The position numbers and the translations under genes are program-made. This document shows positions 40,191 through 51,114 of a stretch of DNA of 64,000 nucleotides, piece after piece (positions within the stretch are counted from its first letter, which is position 1; the number at the start of each line of letters is the position of its first letter). This stretch comes from Phallusia mammillata. Lineage: Eukaryota. The notes beneath the pieces were generated by a model. That model worked only from the letters and a program-made list of their open reading frames with translations. It was not told where the DNA came from and searched no databases. The stretch spans positions 17,732,001-17,796,000 of the forward strand of contig OZ281497.1 in assembly GCA_965637545.1 (NCBI GenBank), in the 5' to 3' direction.

Positions 40191-41191
40191 CTCCGAAGTT
40201 CAACACCACACTGCCAATTCTGCTGCATTGTCTTGTATTTTTTTATCTTCCTTAGTTTATTTCCATTACTTTTTTTCTTTTGTGCAACAATAATCTTGTA
40301 ACTTTATATGTTTAATTACGTTGTTTTGGGGGCATCTTGACTCGAAAACCGAAAGGTTAATCGATGCCTCCCTACTCAATTTAATATTTGCGTTTGTGGG
40401 TAAAAATAAACCATTGAATTGAATTGAATATTTGAAATATTTAATTATTTGGAAATTTATCAAATAATATTTTACACAACTTTAAATTATCAAATATTTT
40501 TTTCCTATGCAGTAAACCTTGATGTAGGTGCAAAATCAATTTAATTGAATACATTGGTGACATTTTTATGAAATGAAAATTAAACAGAAAAACTACAATA
40601 TCTGTGGAATTACATATCTCTACAGATGTATTATTTTAAACAGAAAAAATAGACTAGATTTAATGAATAAGAGCTTACAATTTTTGTTTAGTATTTTCAA
40701 CTATCCTTATGTTTAATAACGGCTGTTGGCCTTATTTCCCCTCATATCTATTTTTAATTGTTTGAATCGAATGGAAAACAAAATTATTTGATTATCTAAA
40801 AACCTTTATATGATAACAGCCCTAAATGCAACTGCATTTTATATAATTAGAAATATACTTAGCAGAAGACTAGTTAAATAATTATTCCATTAATGGAGCA
40901 TCTGGCATAGATACATGAGCTACAGCGATCTACAACGCAAACACAGTGGAATGTATTAGTCCACTGTATATATACAGAAGACGAGTCAGCAATATTTGGA
41001 AAAAAGACATTTACTCGAAACAAGAAGTGGCAAGTTACACTCGACTTGGCACCGATATTAGTCTTGAACTTGCAGTTGTAGCGAAGCATGAAACATTGCG
41101 TGCAAACCAAATACGGGCTTGTAGACCTACGTGGCGCTATGCATAGTTTTCCCCCCTTGTTACTTTAGTAAAAATACCAAGTTCTTGTTAC

Positions 41192-41446
41192 TTTAATAAA
41201 AAACAAAGTGCCTAGGATGTAGAATAAAACGTCATTTTATTCAAACAGACGTTTCGACAAAAACAATTGTCATTATCAGTGAAAATATTTCAGATATTTA
41301 TCATCAGGTATTTTCACCAGAGCCACTATATTGCCAATATAGTGGCTCTGTTTTCACTGATGATGGCAATTGTTTTTGTGGAAACGTCTGTTTAATAAAA
41401 TAAGTACGTTTTATTCTACATCCTTGGCAATTTGGTTTTTATTAAA
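41192..41446. ncRNA. Long palindrome with two inverted minimal type-I hammerhead ribozyme motifs, probably derived from a Penelope-like element
   Basis: Arms 41192-41285 and 41351-41446 are inverted copies. A perfect 15-bp hairpin lies between them (41318-41350). Plus strand 41357-41388 reads CTGATGA-T-GGCAAttgttttTGTG-GAAAC-GTC; minus strand 41279-41248 reads CTGATAA-T-GACAAttgttttTGTC-GAAAC-GTC. Flanked by the 13-bp direct repeat aagttcttgttac (41179-41191 and 41478-41490). Confidence 0.6.
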
Positions 41447-41825
41447 GCTACTATTAAAGTCCGTGTCTTGTGTACCTAAGTTCTTGTTACATAATTCAAA
41501 TGTTCCTTTGGCAGATATACCGTGTTATGTCATGAAATGAAGTAACAGTCGTTGTGTCAATAGCGAGAAGTAAATCAATGTTTAGTGCCCAATTCAAGCT
41601 TTTGTTTTGCTGACAGAAAAATTCGGCTTGGACAAATGTGTTTATCTTGGACCCCGATTCTCCCCATTAGCTACAACCAAAATAGGCGAATACATGTTGC
41701 ATTTGCATTACTTATGCAGATGTGTCCGGACCATTAGTGTTTTTACTTTTGCTATCTGGACCTTTCACAAAACTAATTGAGTAGCTCTGACCTAAACCGT
41801 TCGTGTTCTGAAGCTAATTGATCGC

Positions 41826-42007
41826 CGAATATTGAAATCCCGATCGGGAAAAATTGTAGTGCGATCGTCGAATTTTGAAATGCCGATAGTCGAATATTAA
41901 AATCCAGATCGGCGAATGTTGAAATCCCGATCGGAATGTAGTTGTCGATTTTAAAAAATATTTCGGGATTTAAGTTTTATCGCAAGTTGCCCTTATGGGC
42001 TACCGTA
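41826..42007 (-). mobile_element. Right inverted repeat of the putative composite element, partner of 34996-35147
   Basis: Ends ttgcccttatgggctaccgta and has five ~22-bp subrepeats. Outer flanks are attgtg (34990-34995) and attgta (42008-42013), a 5/6 match. Confidence 0.8.
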
Positions 42008-42922
42008 ATTGTATGACCTTACAGCCTCTGGTAGTTTAGTCTGGTATCATTTGGGCATGGTTATACAAGTATAGCGTCACAATTGTAATGAGAAATCTGA
42101 ACTATCGTTCCGTAAACATTCGTAGAAATCTATTAGTGGTACAAATAACCTTTCCCAAATTCCAAATCGTAGTATTAGCCATTACAGTGGATTATGCCCA
42201 TATTAGTTTTGCTAGGGCATTACGTACTAGCCATAAAAAGTTGGAAGTCCTTGTTGTCTTGGCAACCAACATCATGATACTGGATAACTTATGACGAACG
42301 ACAACAGGCGATGATTACACGGCCCGAAACGATTTACTACGTCACTTGTGGAATACTTTGCGCGGCAAATCATTGTTCGATGAGATTCCACTTATTAGAA
42401 ATCGATAATTGTTAAGCGCTCTTGGTCGATAAGATAAAACGTCAGTTCGGGTTAACTGAACTCGGACGCAAACACATTTAAACGACGCACATCGAAACAG
42501 ACAGTTGAAAAGACAGAATGTGCACTGGGGTATAGAAGTATATCGGTGTGCACATTAGTACCGCTAATTGCGATTTTTAGTGTATTCAATGAAATGTATC
42601 AAGTCAGTTTTTTTAGAAGACAGTTTTGCAATCGTTTCGTTCCGCAAATAGTTTGAGTTTGAAAATCGCCAGAGTTGTCAGGTTAGCTACTAGTCGTTGT
42701 GTCGTCGCTTTCATTACGACGTGTAAAATTTTGGACAATTTGTGTTTGTGCTATGAAATTTGCTGGAGAATATTGTCAAATAATTACATTGTTATTTCAA
42801 CATTTATATGTTTTCGCAGCATATTGTGATACAAATAAGGTCTTAATTAAAAGGAAATATGACGGTGCTCTTAACAATAATAAGCTTTCTTCCAAAAAAT
42901 TGTTTCACAATCCACTAAAAGT

Positions 42923-45900
42923 ATGAAGGTTTTCCATTTTCTATTACTGCTTATGCTTACAGGTAAAGGAACATTATTGCAACCATAAAAATGTTTTTTT
43001 TAATTACAAATTATACATTTTTCAGTGTCCACTGCATTTGGGCAAGAGGACCCCGAAGCACCCCCGGCTGATCCTGAGAACCCTGAAGAGCCGCCTACTG
43101 AGGATCCAGGACCCACGGAACCCCCACCACCACCTTGTGAGGGTGAGTTTTACGCACCGGAGGGGAGCATCAGTTCACCGGATTACCCCCAGAACTACCC
43201 CAACAAACGTAACTGCATCTACAGAATATTGACTGACAACATTATCAACGTAAGTTAGCATTTATGTGTAGATTTGATTCAAATATATATTGCACAAGTT
43301 TTAAATTTGATAGGGTTACAAAAAATATGAGCGACCTAGTTTCTTTCTTATCACATTTAGTTATAGAAGGGAAAAAGGATCAAATAATTTACAAGTTTTG
43401 TTTGCAGTTGATGATTTTAATAGTTTCTCATGATTTAATTTTTTTTGGATTTGTTTTCACCCGTTATCGTAGATCTACTTTGAAACATTCGACCTGGAAT
43501 TTAGTGAGGAATGTCGCTACGACTGGCTGGAGTTTATTTTTAATGCTACGAAACGCGTTAAGAGTTCTCAAAAGTAAGACTATTGGCTGCTTCCACAGCA
43601 GTGACAGGTGCATAGCGAAATCGATTTGTCTTGACGAAGGATACTCAAAAAATAACACAAAAACATCCAAAAAAATGTATTTGCCATAAATTTGTAAACA
43701 AACAAACTAACACATAAACATCGGGAATTTAAACTCTTCAGAAATATATCGATTTTGCTACACACCTTGTATGTGTCTGTTTTAGATGTTGATATCGTGT
43801 TTTATTTTTGATGTTAAGTTGTATTTCGAATCGTTTGAGATCGAGGAAAGCGAGGACTGCACATACGATTTTCTAAACATTGTCTTTAACGCCACCTCGC
43901 GGAACCCAGATACAAATAGGTATAGTTGCCAAGCAACCGGCACGACATGCGGGGTGACCTAGTTCGCTTGCTATGCTTAAAAACATGTTCTGCAATAAAA
44001 CAAGTTGCGATAGGCAGTTTCTTGACGCAAAAACGTTGAATTTTCCGTCACTAGCACTTTGCCACAGCTTATGGAGTAACGCTTTGCGGTTTATGCGACT
44101 AACAAGTTGATGGTTGCCGCTTCGGGGGCTAAGCCACAAATCGCCCAAGTAGTTCTGTATCTGCCATTAACCTTTACGCCGAATAAGCTGCAATGCTTTA
44201 TTCCGTAACGCTGAAATAGTCATAGTGCTTTGCCCTGTGTTAAAAATTGAATAAAAGGTGTGCGTGTTATATGAACATTTTGTATAATTGCCATGGGTAT
44301 TTATATTTTGCGTCAGATATTGCGGGAGAGGACTTGGCAAGGTGAATGATGGACACTTGCGCGGGAATGGTCCACTGATTGTTGGCTTCGTTAGCGATGA
44401 TTCGGATAACATGAAAGGCTTCAAGTTTGATTTTAAATGTAAGCTTCAGATATTTATCTTTCAATGAACCTTAAAGTGGCTGCTACCAACAGTCTCCTAG
44501 TGAATATTTTTTTCTACTTTTATTTGCTTTGTGTCGTTGTGTTAGAGGCAAAACACATTCATTTTGAAACGTTATGAAAATGTGTTTTCATTGTGTTTGT
44601 GCATTGGGGATTAAATTTGTTTGTTTTCAGTTGAACTCGAAGGTCCAGACCCGTGCGAGTCCGGTCCTTGTCAGAACGGGGGAGAATGTCAAACGTTCAC
44701 TGGATATTACAAGTGTTCCTGCCCAAATGGCTACGCAGGATTTAATTGCGAAATAGGTGTGTAGTAGTAACAAAAAACAAAATATTTTTGATTATTTGTT
44801 CTTTTAATACATTTCGTTTTGTTGCACAATGACCGGACAAAGGCAAATTTTCAATATTCGAACTGTCGCCTGATTGTCGAAAAATGTTACATGTTACAAA
44901 AAAGGAAAAAATAGCTCATTTAATTTACATTTTCCTTGGCATCATAAACGAAAGCTCAAAAATCTTAATTTGTGTGTCGTTGTGTACAGACAAGGATGAG
45001 TGCGCATCAATTCCATGCCAGAATGGCGGGGAGTGTGTCGATGAACTTGATGGCTATACTTGTGAATGTATCAACGAGTTTGACGGAACCCACTGCGAAA
45101 CAGGTAACCAACTTTATCGAAAGAACATGCAAAGGATGAAATATATATTTCTAATGTTATTTTTCAGCACCACAACCTTGTCTTTCTGATCCTTGTCAGA
45201 ACGGTGGGATTTGTGTGGACAGAGTTACCGATTACGTGTGTTCTTGTCCGAAAGACTTTCATGGCGACCACTGCGAGGAATCAAGTAAGCCTGATAAATA
45301 TTTTGCAACAGTGTGAGTTGCACAAATGAAGTATTTTGTTTAACCTTGGCTGATCGTGCTTTTTCAAACCCTGAGTAATTGTTCAAAAGGTATGCCATCT
45401 GCATGGACAAAAAACAGAAAAATGCGGTACAACCGTATGCCTATATTCGTGTTGAAATTTATTTTTTATACAGTTCGAAACTATTCATCATAGTATATTC
45501 AGTTTAAGCTGCAGATAGTGCACAGTGTTTCGAGCTAAAAATTCTCATCAGTGCAGCTGGTGACGAGAGATATGCCGTATTGACTAGTGTTGCTGCACTG
45601 TACCTTATATAGGTCGAAACAGTGTGGATTGACTGCAGCTTATCATTTATTGGCTTAATGCTTTTACATATTCAGTTTATTATGTACAAATAACCAATTT
45701 GTGAAACATAACCCAGTTCCCACTCCGCCTCCTCCACCAACCACCACAACCACTACTGTTGCCACGACAACAATCCATCCTGAAGCTCCTGATGCATCAA
45801 CCACTGAAACACCAGGAGGTGATTCGTCTGATCCTGCTGATTCTGTTGATCCAGCTGATCCCGAAGATGTTGGAGAACCTGGAAAAAAAGATGACAATCT

Positions 45901-48900
45901 CCCACCTGCTGACAGTAGGCATTTTCTCAGATGTTATATAGTTTTTTTGGGGGATAGATCTTGTATGTTGTTGTTTCAGATACCGACAATACCGCTGATG
46001 GAACAGGCAAGCATTCCAAGTATGTTTTTTGTGTGTCTATCGATAAATGTATTCAAACTACTTAACTTTTGCAACGATTTCTTCAGCGTTGACAATCCTA
46101 TCATAAGTTTGCGTTGACAGTCCTTTATAAACAAGAAAATAATATATTTTAGCTAAAATTTTTGGCAAACACTATGTTGTTATTTTAAAACTTCACAATT
46201 TTTCAGTTCTGCGGTAATCGCGGCTATCGTGATCATCGTCATTATAGCTCTAATCTTGGCCGCTATCTTTCTTTGGTATTGGTGGAAGTTTCATAAGAGC
46301 AACGACACTGAGGAAATCAAAGCGCCCCTCGATAAAGAGGTGACACTCATTAACATGAAGACGAACTCCGAACACGGAGAAAGTAAGAAGAAAAAATGTT
46401 GTCATTATAGTCAACCACGTAACAACTATGTAGCGCTCCTCTGGCAGTTGTATTTTCGTACGTACGTTTCGACGTCGTCTACAGGTCGCCTTCACCAGGG
46501 TAAATAACACCATGATGCACGATAAGCAAAGAAAAAAGAACCAAACGCAAGCACGTCACAACGCGATGAAAACACTGTGCAATAACAAATGAATCGACCT
46601 CTTAACCACATAATTTACAAACAAACGTGGCAAAAATATGTAACGATGCGACAATATACAGAAACTTTCATTGAATGTAATGTTTTGGGGCAGATAAAGA
46701 AGGTAAACGTCATTCCCGCACGACATCCATCAACAGTGTGACCATGAAGGGGAATTCAAAGAGCTCACACGACCAACTTCTTCACAAACTGAAAAAGATG
46801 TCCGCTGGTATCATAATGGAAGAAGTCCCTTCCGAACCGCAGGTACAGGCTGTGTAGTAAATGTTCAATTCTATATGTTATCTTGGGTTTTTGACCTGTT
46901 ATTAGACATCATTACTTTCAATTGTCAACTATTTATTTTTTTCTACCCTCAGAGAGTACATGCATTCAACAGTCCAAATCACCCTCAACAAGTCATGGGA
47001 CCCACCGCGTACCCCAACCCAAACGTACCCCACAACCCACATCTGCAACAGCAACAACAGGAAGCACTTAGCAACGGCACTTACCAAGCACAACATGCTC
47101 CCCCAGACCATTCAGCACTAAAGTGAGTTATTCGACACAAACTTTTGTTTTCCAATTTCAAAGCTTCACAAACAAGGCGATCTGTCATACTCTTTAAGTG
47201 ATTATAATGGACCCTTTATTCATTGCTGATCTTGAATATAATCCATCTCTTGATCGGAAATTCCACAGCTTTTGTGTGTAAATTGGCTGTTAATTACAAA
47301 ATCAATACCGCAGGAGAATCTCCATTCCTGTATCGCAGAACGAGATGAGTCAATTGGACAAGAGGCAGCTCAACGAGCCCTTCTACGCATCACCGACAAA
47401 AGGTGTCAACTTATCATCGTTAGTCGTGTGCTACTGTTTTGTGAATATGCGATTCGCTATTTATTCGAGTTTTTGCTTGTATTATGTTACAGACTGTTTT
47501 ATGGTTCGAGATGTATTGTAATACAAGAACATTTATACAACAGAAAAATACGCTTCATTGTTTCAAATATCTTTCGTGTAAAACAAACACATTGGTAACT
47601 TCTACCATATTTTTACCGCTTTGTATTGAAATGGGTAAACCTCACTGGAAATTGCTCATTCTTAATCAGTGCTGGATTAACCATTAGGCAAAGTAGACAC
47701 GTGTCTACAGGCCAGTCAAACATCCAGGCCACTTTAAACGATTTGGCAACAGCAGACCCTTAATCCGGCACTGTTCTTGATACTCTTGTGTTAATTTCTG
47801 TAGGTAATTACTACCCAGCACAATATGTATCACCTGATGCAGCGGTTCGCCTCTTTAACCAAATGAAGCAAACTGGATCTCCAAACTTTGATTTTCGCAA
47901 CGCTGTTTCGCAATGTAAGTCATCATCGTAAGCCTAACAAGATATCGAACAGTCATAATAATTTGTTTTGTGTTGCAGTTGGCCCCAACGACTACACCAA
48001 AAACCCGCACGGCAGTTTTGTTCCAAAAAATCCTCCAATCACAACAGTCGCAAATGTTCTTCAGCCAAGGCCCCCAGCACAATTTCCTCCACACAACAAC
48101 CCGGCGCCCTTCAAGCAGACTCAACTGCCGCATGCCACTGTTCCCACGCAACCTTTACCGGTCAACCCTCCTAGAAATTACGACGTGAATCAAACGATGG
48201 AGCTCAGTCCCGAGGAGGCAGCAGGAGTGGTCAATCATATTCTTTCGTCTAAGCCCAAGAATAGCTTTGTGACCACACAGGTATTTAGAGTCTTTGTCGA
48301 TTTTAGAAAAACGCAAAAATCAGTACAATTCGCAAAACGTTATTGCGCTCGATTGATACGCGTTTCATGTTGTGCAACATCAAGGAAAGCAGTAGTTACG
48401 CAGCGAATTTATTGTGTTAGTTATTGTGTACGGCTATCTTCAATCATTTGTCAACACACACCGCAGTATTTGATAAGCGCTATTAAAGAAGAGCAAATGT
48501 GTACTGTTCATTCCTTGTTACAGGAAGCCATGGATATCCTTGACAACGTTCGTAAAGATCTCTATGGGAAAGAACCGCCTCCATTAAACCGTGAAAAAAG
48601 TGTGTTTCTGAGGCCGCACGAGGTAGCAAAAATGATGAACTCTTTCCACAAGCGACCCCGCTATGAAGATGACACAGAACCGAAAAACGAAACAACAAGC
48701 TTTCAAAGCTCTTACGGGTTAGTTCAACACCGTGTTGTTAGCTTCTTTCATTTTTTGGTTCTTGCACTCGAAAAATTTTGTGCGCGAGGGACGCATTTAG
48801 TAGCCCTGTAACACCACGTAGAGTTACAACCAGATCATTTGTAACAGTTGTTAAACACGCTGCTGAAAAAGGCAATCTCAGTGACATAAAACAAGGATTG

Positions 48901-49976
48901 TGAAACGTATTGTACTGCCGGTGTGTTTGCTGGGTTATGATAAGAATTTATTTGTGTAAACATGTTTTGGTATATGTGACCAAATTTTCCTATTTCATGT
49001 TAGCCCTTCTGACACTGAAAACAGACATCGAAAATGGAATCGGGATTTCAGGGGGTGCACCCCGATACGAGAAGAAACCGGAACAGATAAGGATGCGGAT
49101 GATCACAAACATGAACATGAGCAGCAGCACAACAAACCAAGGTTGGCAAATGATGCACTATTTAAGTTTAAACATGAATAACCCGTCGTATGTTTTTGCA
49201 GCAAAATCTACGAACCTGAATCGAAAGAACCAGCAAAACACGATCGACTTCGAAAACGCCCGAAACGCTTTCCGTCAGCTCGAACCCTTGATCCTGATGA
49301 AAAAGTGCACGACTGGTTAAAAAACTCTCCGAAATTTAAAAAGGTAATAGACTAAAACAGTATGCAAAATACTTATAAGTATACCTTTACGCTGTAAATT
49401 TCATGTCACAGAATCATAGTTGATTACTGTATTCAATCCTTTACTCTTTCAGGCCGGGTACAAGCCACGTCGCCAGGGTTCGCCAGCGAGCACTGTCCCC
49501 ACTGAGACTTACACTGTGGTGACGAGACCAATGCCGGCAAAGCAAAACGAACATAAAACGTATGAACCCACAAGTAGTTCCTATATATATATACATGATA
49601 TCTAAACCGAATTTTGCTTTGTTAAGTGTTGACTAAACTTTTGATGTTTTTTTTTCAATAGTGGGACGAAAGGTAGCCCTGTCTCTAATGACGACGGAGA
49701 TAAAAGTTCAGCCATGGTTCAGAGAACAATTAAACAAACAAGACGAGTTCTTCCCGACAGCAAACCGATGTTGCCTATCACAGGTAAACATCAAGCAAGG
49801 AAATAATTCGTGAAAAATTCCTCACTCGTTTTGTTTCAGAAAACAAAGCCAAGTCTCTTGTTGAAAAACTAATCAAGGCCCCGGCCAGAAGCAACCAGAA
49901 TGTGGTTGGACCAGGTTTGACCGTAGAAAGAGAAAACGCCTTTGTTGGTGAAGGAGCTGGACTTGACTATTTTTAA
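42923..49976 (+). CDS. Type I membrane protein: signal peptide, acidic/Pro linker, CUB, 3 EGF (one cbEGF-like), Pro/Thr mucin stalk, TM, ~590-aa low-complexity cytoplasmic tail
   Basis: Exons: 42923-42962 ([13 protein letters not shown]), 43026-43249, [43473-43573 or 43819-43919], 44317-44438, 44631-44756, 44990-45103 (DKDEC...), 45168-45284, 45676-45914, 45980-46019, 46207-46382 (TM), 46694-46842, 46953-47122, 47314-47402, 47804-47914, 47979-48280, 48524-48717, 49004-49141, 49202-49343, 49453-49559, 49662-49783, 49840-49976 (ends GLDYF*). All junctions are in phase except 45284 to 45676, which needs a 3n+1 exon (candidate 45474-45492). Confidence 0.82.
47667..47773. mobile_element. 107-bp hAT-type MITE in an intron
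   Basis: TIR cagtgctggattaa / ttaatccggcactg (13/14). TSD ttcttaat / ttcttgat (7/8). Confidence 0.85.
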
Positions 49977-49989
49977 ACAATCTACATAC

Positions 49990-50179
49990 CAAGGTTGTAA
50001 TTCGAGCTCGGGCTCAAGTGAAAAAAACGACATACTTTGGGACTGACTTCACACGCGGCATCATTTTTACCATAATTTTACAAACTGTGGGGCCGAAATC
50101 GGGCCTTGTGTTTGAAATAATCGGGATCGAGACACTTTTCGGATTTGTACTTCTTGGCCCGGGCTCGCTTGCAACCCTG
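49990..50179. mobile_element. hAT-type MITE starting 13 bp after the CUB-EGF stop codon
   Basis: Ends caaggttgtaa / ttgcaaccctg. Flanks ctacatac / atacagac (6/8). gggc(t/c)cg subterminal motifs. Confidence 0.65.
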
Positions 50180-50369
50180 ATACAGACTTTCGCAATTCCT
50201 ATGCTTTACTGCCATTGGTAGTAGGCCGGTATTGTTTGTAGAGGCTCTATGAGCCCAATATTTCCACACGAACTAAAACAGAGCAAACCCATTTATATGG
50301 GTTGCAAAGTGGAAACTGTCTCTGTGCCCCGCATTAGCGCATGCTCAACATACGTGTGATGACCTAAAC

Positions 50370-50604
50370 CAGTGGTCGGCAACCGCCGGTGCGCGGCCCG
50401 GTATCGGTCCGCGAGGAGTTCGTTACCGGGTCGTATAATTTTTAATGTTAAATGCTATAAAACGTTTTGCCCATGTATCCCGGTCATGATAAACTAATTT
50501 AAGCGTTTTTATAGCTATATATTTGTGTTTTTTTGAAGACCGGTCCGCGATAAAATTTTAGTTTCAAAACCGGTCCGCAATGCAAAAAAGGTTGCCGACC
50601 CCTG
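50370..50604. mobile_element. hAT-type MITE, same family as 537-753
   Basis: TIR cagtggtcggcaacc / ggttgccgacccctg. TSD acctaaac / aactaaac (7/8). Confidence 0.88.
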
Positions 50605-51114
50605 AACTAAACAATAATGACAACATTTCCAATTCCACCAATTTAAAGCCACAAACATGTTGGTTAATGTAAAATAGCAACTGAGTACACATGTTGAAAC
50701 AACATTTGTGTTTGTCTATCCCCGACTATTTTCGACAATCTGTTGTTTTCTTGTTCGTCATTAAAACTGTTCATCTTAAATTGTGCTTCTTAATTGCAAA
50801 GCCTAAAAACAGACGAGTACATTTTATTGGAACGCACAAGTGCAACAAAACAAAATAGAGTTTTTAAACAGCAAAAAACAACCCGAGATAAATAAAATGT
50901 ACAAAGCAACGTACAGTTAGATTTCATTCATCCATTATCTTCACAAAAACACACACTATAGTCTTACAACTCCATAAGTGCAAAGCGTTTGTTTAAATTT
51001 GTCGGTATGAAACGTTCATTTTAATGTTAACATAACAGCAATACCCCTGAAAAAAGTGTTTGTATAGTTTGCTTGCGATAGGGACAATAATAATTCACAT
51101 ACAGTCGACCCAAG

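Larger units (their letters stand above)
38040..40428 (+). mobile_element. 5'-truncated LINE of the CR1/L2/Crack group (ORF2 C-terminus plus 3' UTR), frameshifted and interrupted
   Basis: LFADDTNL at 38101-38124; frameshift at an A-run near 38180; YLGVIIDDKFNWSGHI; HSYSKLQY-type region. After the 38820-39553 insertion the frame resumes as KSLHYRGPKIWNNIP...* (about 39684). The 3' end has a stem-loop (40328-40372), AATAAA (40405) and (attga)3. Confidence 0.88.
37581..41789. mobile_element. 4.2-kb non-autonomous hAT element carrying nested insertions
   Basis: TIRs cagggctactcaa / ttgagtagctctg (12/13). Perfect 8-bp TSD acctaaac (37573-37580 and 41790-41797). ggacc subterminal motifs at both ends. 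No transposase ORF seen. Confidence 0.9.

Noticed and set aside
39835-40293. ORFs of 76-152 aa spanning the N gap
   Set aside because: These are artefacts of the (TA)n tract, the minisatellite and the Ns.
37581-41789. Autonomous hAT transposase inside the 4.2-kb element
   Set aside because: No long ORF or convincing DDE, BED or dimerisation motif was found in 37600-38040 or 40430-41180. The only protein-like frame is LINE-derived.
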